This document shows, piece after piece, positions 26,963 to 49,700 of a stretch of 64,000 nucleotides of DNA (positions are counted from its first letter, which is position 1; each line of letters opens with the position of its first letter). A model generated the notes under the pieces. That model was not told the DNA's origin, made no database searches, and saw only the letters and a list, made by a program, of their open reading frames with translations. Made by a program: the position numbers and the translations under genes. Source of the stretch: Octopus vulgaris (lineage: Eukaryota); contig OX597817.1 in assembly GCA_951406725.2 (NCBI GenBank), positions 103,478,001-103,542,000 on the forward strand. The letters are read 5' to 3'.

Positions 26963-28856
26963 CATGCGTAATAGATATATATTGTTATACCTATATATGC
27001 GTGTATACATACATACATGCATGCATACGAGCATACATACGTGCATGCATACATACATACATACATACATGCATAATACATATATACATGCATACATGCA
27101 TGCATACATACATACATGCATACATACATACATACATACATACATACATACATACATACATACATACATACATACATACATACATACATACATACGTACA
27201 TGAATATCTATCTATGTATATTCTTTATCACTTACGCATGCAATATGGTTGTATCATTGAAGATGAAATCTATTATTACTTGTTTTATTGACAATTTTCT
27301 GGAATTTATATAAAGCCTTTGATTAAAGAGACTTTATTTCATATAGTTTCGGAAAAATTATGTCTTAAATTCAATAGATTTCTTAAATAATAAGTAGCGC
27401 TTTAGGCGAATCCAGATTTCATCTAAAGAAACACTATGCGACAGTTCTTTGTAATAAAATCACATTCAGCCATTGTTTCTAGGTATTTCTATAAATGTAG
27501 TTCAGGTTAGATAAAATCATACTTTCTGAAATTTTAACGTCTAAATTTTTTGCTACTTTGCAATCATGCGATTATGCAAGTGAGATCATTAAATGCAATC
27601 AATAACAGATTACCGCCGTGAGGATCGACGACAGTTCTTGATTTCACATTCTCATTACATTACATATAAACATTGTTCGTTAATAAAATTCATGTCACTT
27701 TAGTTTACTCTTTCAGTAGAAGTATTTTGTTTCATTAACGAAAGTTACAGCTTTTAATCAGGTACCGGCAGCTGTTAAAGATGGTAATCAATGGGGACAC
27801 ATATCAAACGCTGGTGTAGCTTATTAACTTTCCAATTTTCTTCTGCCCTAGCGAAACACTTCATTCATTGTGATGCACATTGCAGTAATTAGCACTTGAC
27901 ATATTTCTACCTCCTTACATAACACTTTCACAAGGAAATAAAACAAACAATACCTTCTAATTTTCACAGCAACCCATGCATTTAATTTGTCACACAAAAC
28001 CCAAGTGCAAGTATTTACAATGGAAATTTGAAAAGCTGTTGTTTTCAGCCAAACCAGCCAGGCTGAACAGACTTACAATCAAATTGATTTTATTTGCAAA
28101 AGCGGTAAATCTTAAACTACAAAAATTGTTGTGTTTATATGCGAAGTATGTCATGCATATATGTAAAACTACTTTTAATTTTTCATAACAAGTTTTTCAA
28201 TTTGCTAAGTCCAAGTAAAATATGTATTTATTTATACTCACGGTTTCGGCGATAACTCACAGTATTATTGGTGAATTCATTAATGGTTGCTTGGAGCTGT
28301 ATTCCACCTGGTAAATAATTTAGTTTTGTATAGCGATAGATCTTATGTGAGGTACATTATCAGTATATATATATATGTTTAATAATTACAAAACCAACCA
28401 GGTGGTTTTAAATTCAATAAGTAATATTATACAATGATATTTAGTAAGTATCATCAATGTCTAAATTATCGTAATTTATGTCAATTTCTATGTCTGATGC
28501 ATATTTTACTTCTGCTTTTGTCATGAATATATATAAAGGCAAGAGGTTTGAGAAGTGAATATATTTATTTAACCACTTGTCATCCTAAGGCTTACATTTG
28601 TTTCGCTACCTTCATGTAAATAAAATTTCAGTGCATAATGAATTATGTTTACACGTCTGCGCTTCTGTGCGTGCTATGCATTATACAATACAATTGTATA
28701 TTCACAAATTAATGCAGATAAAGAAAGCTAGTCATCTGATTACCTGAACATCATAGTTACACCGATGATTCAACTCTAAGTACACATACAAAATAGTCTC
28801 TTTGTATATAGAATGTATGGAAAACCATAAGTACATAAAAAATATATATTTGTATG

Positions 28857-28942
<86 letters not shown>

Positions 28943-28945
<3 letters not shown>

Positions 28946-29110
28946 AAAGTTTACGAAAAAACAAAAGACGAAGACAGGTGGTGTACAAAACGAACAGATG
29001 TATTAGTATAACGCTCAGGAATAGAAAAAAATCTATTACGTTTCAAGCCTACGCTCTTCTACAGAAAGGTACACAGAAAAAACAAGGAGAGAAACAAGGA
29101 GGGAAAAATA
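28943..29110 (-). mobile_element. Short element in (TA)n with a degenerate minimal hammerhead motif (Penelope pLTR-like)
   Basis: Minus strand reads CTTT-CTGTAGA-A-GAGC-GTAG-GCTT-GAAAC-GTA-ATAG (~29033-29068). Confidence 0.5.
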
Positions 29111-29130
29111 TATATATATATTTGGGTGTA

Positions 29131-29167
<37 letters not shown>

Positions 29168-29469
29168 GAAGATAGAGAGAAAGAAAGAGGAGGAAAAAAC
29201 ATTTTATTACTCAGCGTTTCAACATGCCCCCGAACGTGGGTGGCTGACTTTAGTAAGTCTTGTCTGATGATTGTTCATGAACAGCAACATAAACTCGGAG
29301 AAACAGAAAGTAGAACTCTATATATTAAATATTTCACTCTGCCAAAGATAATGTGTTGTCTTCTTTGTTCATAGTACAACTGTGTACGGTATAGTACTTG
29401 ATAACATGTTACTACTCTCATTCTCTTTTTCTCACTTTCTTTCTTTATGTCTCTGTCTCCCTCTGCCTA

Positions 29470-29690
<221 letters not shown>

Positions 29691-29704
29691 TATGTATATA
29701 TGTT

Positions 29705-32020
29705 TGTGCCGAAAGTGATTTTGGAGTCCTAGTCAGTGGTGAAAGAGTCGTGAATAGAACTCGCAGGTGATGGTCGGTGCAGGTCGAGGTTATTAAAGAC
29801 GCTCCTTTCTTCTCCTCATTTTGCCTCCTCATTCTGCTGTCTGCTCTGTTCGAAGGAGCTGGCTCCATTGTGGATAGCAGTTCTCCAGGCTGTCCTATCC
29901 ATGCCAATTTATTCCCATGAGGATGGCTGGATGTGAGCTTGAGCCAAGATCCGTTTGAACTGGTCTTTAAAACGGAATTTCGGACCTCTTCTAGGTCCTG
30001 TTCCGATTGCAAGTTCTCCGCAGAGCATGATCCTTGGGAGACGAGAGGACTCCATATACTGGACGTGACATGCCCAGCGGAGACGATGGCGAAGAATGGT
30101 GGCTTCGACACTTGGTAGTAAGGCGCGGCGAAGAACCTCGTTGTTGGTAACGTAATCTTCCCATTGTTCGATTGCTGGAAGCATTCAAAACGCTTGAAGT
30201 CAGGGCGGTACAGCGTCCGAGTCTCACAAGCGTAGAGTTGATAGGGCAATGGCACGGAAAACCATGATCTTTATCCGCTAGGTCAGCGCGTGATTGAAGA
30301 ATACACGTTGGCAGAGTCTGTATCTTGGTCTTTAATGTGTTTACCTGCACCCCGAAACGTTCGTAAGCCGCGTTGTAAAGATCGGCCGTCCTTTGTAGAC
30401 CATCTGCGATCCGGCTCGGAGCGGCATTGTCGTTGGCATACTGCATCTCACGGACCGAGATAGCGGAGGTCCTTGTCATTGCACAGAGACATGTGTGATT
30501 GAAGAGCCCGCTATCCAAGCAATAGCGCATGTTGATGGAAGGCGAGTCTAGTGGGATTTCGTTGAACATGGCGGCCAAGACGCATCCTTGCTTAAGACCC
30601 CCAGTGATGGGAAACGGGTCTGCAAGGACATTTTGATGACATACCCTACCCACCATGCCGTCGTGGAGAGAGCGGGCCAGGGCAATGAAGTCCTCTGGAC
30701 ATCCAAACCGGGTGAGACGGCCCACATTGCAGGACGGGAGACCTTGTCAAAGGCTTTCTTGGATTCCAGAAGATGAACATTGCAGGCTCTTGTTGTTCCT
30801 GACACTCCTCCTGTAGTTGACGAGCAAAAAAGATCATGTCGGTTGTGCATCGAGAGGGTCGAAAGGTCGAAAGATACACTGGGGCTCAGAGAGGACGTGT
30901 TTTGCGAGGATGAGGAGTCAATTGAGTAGGATACGGGCGAAGGTCAAACTTGCAATACTCAGGAGTGAGATGCCCCGATAGCTGTTGCAATCCTCTCGGT
31001 CTCCCTTCTTGTAGATGGTGATGACAGCTGCATCGCGGAAGTCGTTCGGTGGCGGAGGTCTTGCTTTTCCAGATCTTGAGGATAAGGAGCATCAGATGAT
31101 TTCTCAGTTCAGGACATCCGTGCGTGAAAAACTTAAACGAGATGTTGTCTGGTCCTGGAGTTTTCTCTGGCTTCATGCACGCAAGTTCTTTGTTGAACTC
31201 ATGGCGTTAGGGCGGCAGGGATATCCAATGGCGGATGTGAAGTTGTGGGGGTGCTTTGAAAGAGATCGTCAGGAGTACGTGGGTGATCGTTAAGTAGGCA
31301 CTAGAAATGGGACTTCTAGCGATCGAGGATTTCCTGGATGTCGGTTATTGTAGAGCCAGCTGCGATCTTCAGTCCGCCCACTGATGACCTTGTGGGTGGG
31401 GGGGGGACAAAGATTTCCTTGGTTGCGGCATAAAAACTGCACGTCTCGTTGGTTCGCATAGTTTTTCATCTCCTCTGCTTTCCTCTGCCACCAGCTGTTC
31501 TGAACTTCTCGAATTCCTCGCTGGCATTCCGCTGATGCTTGCTGGTGTTTTCGTTTGTTCTCTGCAGTAGCATGGTTCTCGAAGAGTTTGGCTTCGATAA
31601 GACGGGAGACGGTGTCATCATTCTCGTCAAACCAGTCTTGGTCCTTCTCCCGGGCAAAGCCGATCGTCTCCTCGACGGCAGCAGTCATGGCTTCACGAAG
31701 GCTGGTCCAGCGATCCTCAATGAAGGTTGGCTCTGGGAGGTCCATCAGGTGTCTCTCAATGGATTCCCTGAAGTCTTGGGATGCCTGTGAACTCCGGAGT
31801 TTGGCGCAGTCGAAGCGTCGGCAAGGGATATTTGCTGAGACTCGCTTTAGTGGGCAGCGGATCTTGATGTCAAAGCGAGGAATAAGAAGGCAGTGACCTA
31901 TCCAGCAGTCATTTGCACTAGGTATGGAGCGGGTGATGCGTACATCTCGTCTAACCCTGGATCGTAGTCGACCGTAGTCGAGGATGTGCCAGTGTTTAGG
32001 CCGTGGATGTTTCTAGCTAC
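29705..32020 (-). mobile_element. RTE-clade LINE (BovB-like), frameshifted and 5'-truncated within the APE domain
   Basis: KHPRPKHWHILDY, KDQDWFDEND, KTPGPDNI, TTDMIFFARQLQE, KKAFDKVSR, GLKQGCVLA, QYAND, VTNNEVLRRA..LRWACHV..RLPRIMLCGEL..RFKDQFK. Confidence 0.92.
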
Positions 32021-32045
32021 ATATATGTATATATATATATATATA

Positions 32046-33245
32046 CGAGGGGCGTTCAATAAGTAATGCCCCTGACCCACTTTCAGTTGTTTGATCTAGC
32101 TGTGGTTTCTGATTTACAGGTGTTTGAACTGAGTCAAGTGTGAAATGGAGCCTGTTGAGTGTCGAGCAGTGATCTGGTTTTTGTATTTGAAAGGACGCAC
32201 ACCACGGGAGACTTTTGATGAAATGAAAGTAACTTATGGTGATGATGCCCCATCATATGACCTTGTAAAACGCTGGCATTGTGAATTCAAACATAGTCGG
32301 AACTCTGTGGAAACAGCTCCCAGATCTGGTCGCCCCTTTCTGCCGTTGATGAGACGTCTGTCCGTCAAGTTGAGGCTGCCATTTTGGAAGGTCAACGCAT
32401 AACTATTCGCCAAATAGCCCATGAGGTCAAGATTAGTACCGGGTCTGTGGAAACTATCATTCATGACCATTTGCATATGCAAAAGGTGTCTGCCAGATGG
32501 ATTTCCAGGTTGCTCACACCTTTCCAGAAGCAAGAACGCGTTGAGTGCTCGAGGATGAATTTGGAGATGTGCCAAGAAGATGAGTCAAATTTTTCAAAAG
32601 ACTGATCACACAGGATAAAACCTGGGTCCATTACTATGATCCATAGACCAAAGCCCAGTCAATGCAGTGAAAGCACCGTGACTCACCTCCTCCAAAGAAG
32701 GCAAGGGTGCAGCCCTCCGCTGACAAGGTCATGCTCACAGTCTTCTGGGACCAGGATGGAGTAGTGATGATAGATTTCCTGGCAAAGGGTACCACAATTA
32801 CAGGAGCCTATTATGCTTCACTTTTGAGGAAATTAAGAGAAGCTATCAAAATCAAGAGGCGGGGCAAGATCAGCAAAGGCATCCTCCTCCTGCAGGACAA
32901 CGCTCCGGTCCACAACTCGCGTGTCGCCAGATCAGAAGCACAGGCGTGCAGCTATAAACTCCTCCCCTTGCACCCTCTGATTTTCACCTCTTCCCAGCCA
33001 TGAAGTTGATTTTGAAAGGAAAGCGTTTCCCAGATGATGCAGCCTTGATTTCTGAAGTCACGTCGTGGTTGGAGGACCAAGCTGGGGTCTTCTACAAAAA
33101 CGGTCTCCAGAGCTGTATCAAACGATGGGAGAAATGCATAACTCTGGGTAGTTCCTATGTAGGAAAAGACTAATAACTCTGCCAAGTGTCGTTGCTCTAC
33201 TGCTATGGGAAGTGGGTCAGGGGCATTACTTATTGAACGCCCCAC

Positions 33246-33246
<1 letters not shown>
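32046..33246 (+). mobile_element. Full-length mariner element (~1201 bp) with 37-bp TIRs, in TA context
   Basis: Left TIR CGAGGGGCGTTCAATAAGTAATGCCCCTGACCCACTT; the right TIR reverse complement has 1 mismatch. Flanked by TA within (TA)n. Confidence 0.96.
32145..33173 (+). pseudogene. Mariner (Mos1/SETMAR-type DD34D) transposase pseudogene
   Basis: HTH RAVIWFLYLKG..WHCEFK..PRSGRP, VSARWISRLL, ITQDKTWVHYYDP, KVMLTVFWD, LLQDNAPVH, LAPSDFHLFP. Contains frameshifts and stops; HPPYSPD is deleted. Confidence 0.93.
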
Positions 33247-33286
<40 letters not shown>

Positions 33287-34247
33287 CAGACATTATATAT
33301 ATGCATGTGTGTGGGAATGTGTTATAAATGTTTATAAATCACTATAAGCATAAATTTGTCGTAATTCTTTGAGAACCTTTCACATTATTGACGTTATAAG
33401 GATGTTTTGAAACAATATTTTTCATCAAATTGTCAAAAATAAATTTTGTACTACAATTTAGAATTTGTTGCCACCCTCGGGTGTATGACATACATACATA
33501 CGTATACACATACATATATGCATATATTTCTTCATATATATATATATATATATATAAGTATATATAAGTATACATACATATGCACACACAAATGCACATA
33601 TACATACATGCAGTGATTGATCAAGTCTATCTAGGGGGAGTTCAATTCTTTTTTTTTTAATAATTTAAAGAGAATATATCATATAAAATTGAATGAAATA
33701 TTTTTGAATTGAATCACAAAAGTTAATGACTTCATAAAACGAAGTACTTTGTTTCATCAATGGGAAATTGATTACAAACCCGTTTTCTGCCTTAATAAAG
33801 CATTCGTTTAACTTTTCCTTAAAGAGTTCATCTGGAACAAACTTCAAACCGTATATTTCATGTTGTCGTAATAACTAATTTGTTTGGCAACAACATTATT
33901 GAGTGAATATTTAATATTTCTATTTATTACAAATATAATATCTATATTCATCTACCACTATATAAGTGCCTTGAGTTTCTGAAAAACTATATGAATTTTG
34001 TAAAGTCATAGAATAGAAATCTCTCCTTTTCGGTTCAAAGTTATCAAAGTCAATTTTCGTATGCATTTAACAACGTTTTCAGACTAAAATTAAATAGGTT
34101 ATGTAAAAGGTGTGCTCAGTGAGATTTTTGTTGTTCTTACATCCACAATCACGGTAATAGCGACACACGTACGTTTTTATAAAAATGTGTGTATGTGTGT
34201 TTATATATATATATATATATATATATGCATGAATGTATATGATATAT

Positions 34248-34397
34248 TTTATTTTAGTCCAATCAGTCATTTGCTGCTCTGAATTTCGGCTGTGAGTGAA
34301 GAGAATCTTCAGACAAGTTATGTAATAACTTGCCTGAAGATTCTGCACTCACAGCTGAAATTCAGAGTCGCAAAAAACTGACTCGACCAGAATTAAA
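34248..34397. repeat. ~150-bp imperfect palindrome with a 3-nt loop at 34322-34324
   Basis: CTCTGAATTTCGGCTGTGAGTG..AGAATCTTCAGACAAGTTAT-GTA-ATAACTTGCCTGAAGATTCT.CACTCACAGCTGAAATTCAGAG. Confidence 0.92.
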
Positions 34398-34568
34398 CCT
34401 ATCATTAGTTCTACTATGGCATTGAATACTCTTTTACCAACTGTTAACATTAAACATACACACACACACACACACATGCAAACCCACACATACACACACA
34501 TATATGTAAATAGGTTTATCTTGGGAGGGTCATTACGCCAATAATAAACATACATGTAAGTTTTTGTG

Positions 34569-34645
<77 letters not shown>

Positions 34646-34886
34646 ATTAATACAAGAAGATGCTACAAAGATGTATTAATATATTGAGATATATAAAACA
34701 CATTATAGTATATGTAGCTATCAACTAAAACCTCAAAAGGAATAAATAAATAAAGGGTGCAAAATAGTACCAGCGATTACTAAAAATGAGTCAAAAAATA
34801 AATCTGAAAGCTACAATCACGTTACAGGGAGCGGGCGGGCACAGCAAACTAAAGCGATCCTTCCCTTGTGAGATGGACTCACAAAA

Positions 34887-34942
<56 letters not shown>

Positions 34943-34950
34943 GCATACAT

Positions 34951-34989
<39 letters not shown>

Positions 34990-36352
34990 CACATGTATAC
35001 ATATGTATACATACATACATAAGTACATACGTACAAAAGTTTTTATTTTTGAGGGTGTTTGGTATATTTAGATGCATACATTCATAGTTGCCATTCGATA
35101 AAGACATAAAGGTTTAAGTAATTTAATCATCACCTGGTGAATCAAGATTGACCAACAAGGCAGCCAGGTAATAAGTATTAAGAGAAGATGGACATTGGTA
35201 CAGAAAGCACTTTTACAATTAAAATTAAATATAAACAATCTTTTACATAAACCCTTTTCCTCTGTTTTCTGTAACATAAGAATATTTTAACTAATCCAAA
35301 AACATTCTATTATTGATCTACGCCAGACAAAATTCTATTATTTTTCTTCTATTATAAAAAATTCCGTCGTTTAATTTTGGAAATCAATTTTGAAAGTAAC
35401 GTTATCACATTTCCTTGTGCTTATCATTGTCTAACTTGAAACTGAAAGAGACGAAAATCTTCGATCATACATATAAGATGTTGAAAATAGAATCAGGATT
35501 CGCAAAGCTTTTGCTATTAAATCTTCAAATACATGTGTATACTGATCTAATATTGAAAAAGAAAGAGAATGAGAGAGAAAGAGAAAAAGAGTGAGAGCAA
35601 GAGAGAGAGAGAGATTTGTGAAAGTATATTACAAGAGATAAGGTCGAGGATTATATCAATATTTGCATTTCTATATACTTCACACCCAGATCAACGTTCA
35701 TCCTGAATTATTATATGATGTCGTAGATTTGAAGTTTATTGCTCATGTAATAAATGCGCTATTTAAATATGTTGACTTCCAATTCAAACCAGAACCAATA
35801 TACAGCCTTGTCCAGCTAGGATTTTCAAGAGTTAAATCTTAATAAAGTTCTTTCCGCATTTGGAAAATATTTCCTGAAGTAGCTACATTGATGTGTTAAG
35901 AAGTGTTTGCATCACCTATGTTTTGGTAAAATATTGCCCCATCTTTTATTTTGATGTTAAGATCTATGGACTCAATTTAACGATGTTTTGATTATGTCAG
36001 GTGCTATACTTCTATGTATATACATATAACACGGTGAAGTTATAACACACCTGAATTATTATTTCTAGCACACCAATATTTTTTTATTCGCAAAACTACC
36101 TCTATTAAGTCCAATTTTCGTCCAGTAATCAAATCTATGACACGGAGAAAGGAAAAATTTCTGTACAAATTCTAGTTTAGAGAGATATGACAAACTAGTT
36201 GTCCAAATCATACTACATACATCATAAAACTGTGTTAGATGTTTGAGAAGGTTGTGTAAGAATATATAAAGGAGACTTGTATCTTGTTAAAATAGAGATG
36301 AAAGGAGAAAGTATGAGAAATATCTACATCATACAAAAAACATTTCATATAA

Positions 36353-38112
<1,760 letters not shown>

Positions 38113-39375
38113 AGGCAGGCAGTTAATAGGCGGCAACAAACACTGCGAGCTTTAGCAACCTGAATTATTTGTAGCGGTGTCTTGAAATATAAGAAAATAA
38201 TTATTTTGTTTTATTTATACTTCAATGAGTGGCGGTGGTGTTGGCTTTAGCATCATTTCAGATCCCGTGGCGGTCAGCGATGTTGATGGAATAAACTTCA
38301 ATAATTTACAAGCCTAAGAGGAATCAAATGCGCTCCTACCTTTGAACCCAGTCAAAATAAATCAAGATTTTCTTTCAATACTATTTATGTATTATACTGG
38401 TATTAATTTAAAAGATATTTCTTGAAAAATTTGTGAAGGTTTTATTTAAGTACATAAAATGAAATGAACTTTCGTGATTATATAACAATTCACTATATAT
38501 CAACTATTTTCAAAAATAATTGCATAGGATGATATTTCAACATCTTGTTTTATAAACTTAAATCACTTGATAAGTCGTTCAGACTGCGTGAAATATGTGA
38601 TAGAAGAAAAACTGGCTGATGATGGCTCCGATGAAAAAGAAATTCGAAGAAGTTTTATGATTTAGATTGGAATCAGAATGACGGCGTAACCGGTTTACAC
38701 CTAAATATATAAAAACTAAAATTTAGCACCAATAAAATTCTATTGATCAAATTGATGAAACGATTAGAGAGTGTGTGAAGGAAAAATAAACCAGAAAGAA
38801 CAACGATTTGTACCTCAATACTCCGCTAACAAATAAAACGAGCCAGTGAGGGATTCTCTAACGTGGTCTTTTTGCTTGCTAAAAATACCAGTCAGATCTC
38901 CCTTAAATCACACCCTGCCATCTTAGAGAATAAGGATACACTGAAAAGCGTGATCCTAGATGTCCTGTTGTTCTTTAAATATACAGAATCATTATGGGTG
39001 GAAAGCTGCTCGATCGATCAAGGCTGACCTGGGGCTAACCGACACAACAACAACAGCTACACATATAAATCTAAAATATGCAGCGTGTGATATCATTATC
39101 TATGCAAATCCGCACGCAATTTTTTTCTTTCTTTTTCGTTGGATAAATATTTAGCCAACATATTTGAATGGAAACAGATCTGTTCGGACTTGAATGAAGT
39201 CTCTTATTTAGCAGAAGTATATCGATAGTATATCAATCAGCGATAAATAGTTACAGATTAAAATGGGAACAGTAGTTAATTTCTACAGTTTCATAAATAA
39301 TTACAGTAAGAAAACTTTATTTCAAATCTGAGAACGGAACAGCTAACCCGAAACACTGATACATACATACATACT

Positions 39376-39435
<60 letters not shown>

Positions 39436-40149
39436 AATAGACAGACACACACGCACACACACACATTATATAAGGAAAAAATGCCAATTTACATAGATAA
39501 ATATATTTTTGTATGTATGTTTCTCCATGACTCTAACCATAAATCTCGTTAATGACATTTTACAGTGCAGTTTTCCGTTGTGAATTCCGACTGGCAGGTT
39601 TTTCAATATTCAAGGAAACGGTTCTTTTTACTTAACATTACAGAAGATAGAAATTGTGTTTAAAAATTATTACAGTTTTAGCTTTTCAAATCCTTTATAA
39701 TTACATGAATTCATTAAACGTACAGTCATAAACACTGTCATACACTTATTTATGAAGACATACACACGCTCACACACATATTCATACACACACACTCACG
39801 CGCACACACATGTACAAAAGAGAAATATATTCTCATCGAAAGATCATTCGCTTAATTTCTTGGCGTTCTCTCTCTGTTGACATGAAAAATAACGTTCGTT
39901 CACATCTAAAGTTGTAAGGGAAAATCCAGGAATATTAATTCTCTTTAAAATTTACTTATTAGTAATAAAATAACAAATTAACCATTAAATATGCATGTGA
40001 TAAAATGGTGTCGAATTACCGGTTCATTTTATTGTTTTCATCCAAATTTAAAATCTGTCTTTGAGAACGACATTGACAAGAGAGAAATGGCGGATAAAGT
40101 ATTTTTTCTCAGAACGAGAAAAACTTATACACACTTACACAAACGCACG

Positions 40150-46912
<6,763 letters not shown>

Positions 46913-47717
46913 TCGAATCAAACAGCATCATATTAATTAATTGATTAACTTACCGAAACTATTTGTGATAAATCCAAAAAAATGTAGTAGCAACACAGAT
47001 CTAATAAGCGGTAATTCCTGTCCATTGTGCATCTCAAGATTTAGCAGCCGTTGTTATTTTCAGATTAAAATCTTCAATATCAACACAATTTTAATAATGT
47101 AGCTTCTCCACTACATATGTTCCGATATGAATAGCATTTCTTTGCACATTAATATAACTATAAATGATGTAAACAAATACATGTATTATTTCGTCACTCC
47201 CGTCTTAGATTACTTGATAAATAAAATATAGACTGTGTGCCAGGAAAACTAACAATAGAACTAAATAAGAAACCAGCCATCCAACCAACTATGAGTGAGA
47301 ATGTTAGAATGAATGATGTTACGGTGCGGCTGGTTGACCATAAGACTGAATGATTGGTTGGTCTATCGAAACAGTTGGATATGAAGACAAATGGATTGCA
47401 TCTCATTGATGTTATGGCTGGAATGGCTGTTGTTGTCGTTAATTGTATCATTAATATAAGACGCCTTTATAAATCAACATAGTTCATTTGACGTGTCTGT
47501 GATACTATTGCTTCATCCTGCATCTCCCTAACGAGCGAGCTGACTGTAGTACAAGCACAGTCATCATTGATATAAGCAGGCATGTTTAAGATTGTTAGAT
47601 TGCTATCGTGTAAATTTAGAAAACAGAAAATTGAAAGCCTAAATGATAGATTTAATTGAGCTGATTTAAATATATATATATATTAATTTTTAATATATCT
47701 ATATCTATATCTATCTA

Positions 47718-47754
<37 letters not shown>

Positions 47755-48654
47755 TTGTACTAAATGCAGCAGGCAATATTATCGATATCAACGGAAGAAT
47801 ATTTCTGTATATATTCTTCAGCTTACAAATCTAATGAAACGCGCAATAAGTGATTATGAGTCTGCTCGAACTGAAGTTATCAATTTGCAAGTAGAATCAT
47901 CAGTGCAGTAAAAGAAAGCTGCTGTGGTTATAACGAAATAATACAGTTGGTTATAATAATATACAATTTCATGTGTAAACATTACAGAGCGAAATACTTT
48001 CGAAAATGATGCAAATTTGAAACTGTAATTTAGAAGAATGAAATCTTGAAGTGGAAGATAATGAAGAAAGAGATAATGCTGCTGCTGACGATAATGAAGA
48101 TAATGATAATGGAGAAGGGGAAGGGATGCTTAAAATGTTAACATGACTATTTTCTCTGCTATCACTAAAGCTTCTGTGCGATTACAAACCCCCATCGCCT
48201 CTAATTGATTCGTAATAGAAGCACAAAGCCTCGAATTCATAGGGTGAGAAAACTAGATTGTGTGACATTCATTTGATTTGTTTCTCAGGAACAGTAATTG
48301 ATGAAAGATAGTCGCAACCAGCAATTGAAACCGCGTCGCTGTAACTGCGAATGCAACCTCCCGACAAGTAACTGAATATCCCATCAATAGATTTGTGTCT
48401 AGCTGTGCTCCATCATGACCACAGCTCACTGGCTGGAACCAGTAAAACAGTAAAACAATAAATGAAAGTCTAAATACTAACAACACTGCTCTGCTACTGC
48501 AGCCAATAGTAATTTATTATATAGGGATATCATCTCAATATCTAGTGTAGAGAAGATTATGCGGCTTTCATCCGTTTCTCGAAATAGTTAATAGTGAGCA
48601 CTGTATGTTGTATAACATTTGGAATCGAAGACAGGTTTTATTTAATTTTCCATC

Positions 48655-48689
<35 letters not shown>

Positions 48690-49394
48690 AGAGATGGCTC
48701 CTCCGTCGGTTTCGAAGATGGCTATTCCAGTTGTTCGATCAGCTGAAGACCCTACTAACTGATTTAGCATTTAAGTTAAGTGAGTATTCCGGACACATGC
48801 ATTCTCAACATACACCTCAAGCGGAACCAGCATGACATGATGTCTGATATGGTTTTTTAATTACAGTTAGAGTTCATCCGAGTGGCTTCCACACAGTTCC
48901 CGTCAGTCTAATTTTACCAACAACGTTTGAGTCGACTAGAGGCTATGATAAAAAAGCCCCACTTATTTAAGAAACGATGCAGTGAGACTGAACTCGGAAC
49001 AACATGATTACAAGGCGAACTTACTAACCACTCAGCTATGCCTGAGCTCAGTTGTTAGTACAAGTGAACTCTTTCTAATAACAATTATATTTCTTTCAGA
49101 CACCTGCTCAAAACTGAAAGATCAGTTATAATAGATAAGTTAGAAGCAAAATATTAGATAAAACTCTGCTTAATGCGTCTTGCAATAAATTAACACCTGG
49201 TAATCTGAAATCCAGTGGAACTGGGTAGGAAGGAGTCTGAATATTCAACGTTAAATCAGGGAATATCAAGTGATTTTAATTACTGCGAGGAGTGGAAAGA
49301 CTTTGGTGCAATTGTTTTTCAACAACGAGAGATACTCTGACTGATGAAAGAAACCTGACGTCAAACGTTTCAATTTTTCAATTCTGGCGACACT

Positions 49395-49700
49395 GGTTCT
49401 CCGTCGATTACAACAAGAGTTCCAGTAGATCCAATTGATGAAACAGCCTACCCGTGAAATTAACGTACAATTGGCTAAGCATTCTACAAGTACGCGTACC
49501 CTCAGCGTAGTTCTGAGATATTTAGCGTAACACAGAACGTGACAATGATGGCCCTTTGAAATACAGGTACCACTTATTTTTGCCAGGAGCAACGTGAAAT
49601 AAAGTATCTTGCTCAAGAATACAACACACCGCCGGGTATCGAACTCATGACATTATACCTGGGAGTCGAATACACTAACCACTTAACCACTCACCTTCAT
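49395..49700 (-). mobile_element. tRNA-derived SINE family 3
   Basis: Minus strand GGTGAGTGGTTAAGTGGTTAG..GAGTTCGATACCCGGC..TTGAGCAAGATACTTTATTTCACGTTGCTCC; matches the 61482 copy. Confidence 0.8.

Noticed and set aside
29260-29330. CTGATGA followed by the hairpin TGTTC-AT-GAACA
   Set aside because: Followed by GCAAC rather than GAAAC, and no stem I.
34334-34366. CTGAAGA...GAAA inside the palindrome as a hammerhead
   Set aside because: No stem I, and stem II is not closed next to the core.
39326-39362. CTGAGAA-CGG...CC-GAAAC hammerhead-like remnant
   Set aside because: G8 is missing, with no NUH site or stem I.
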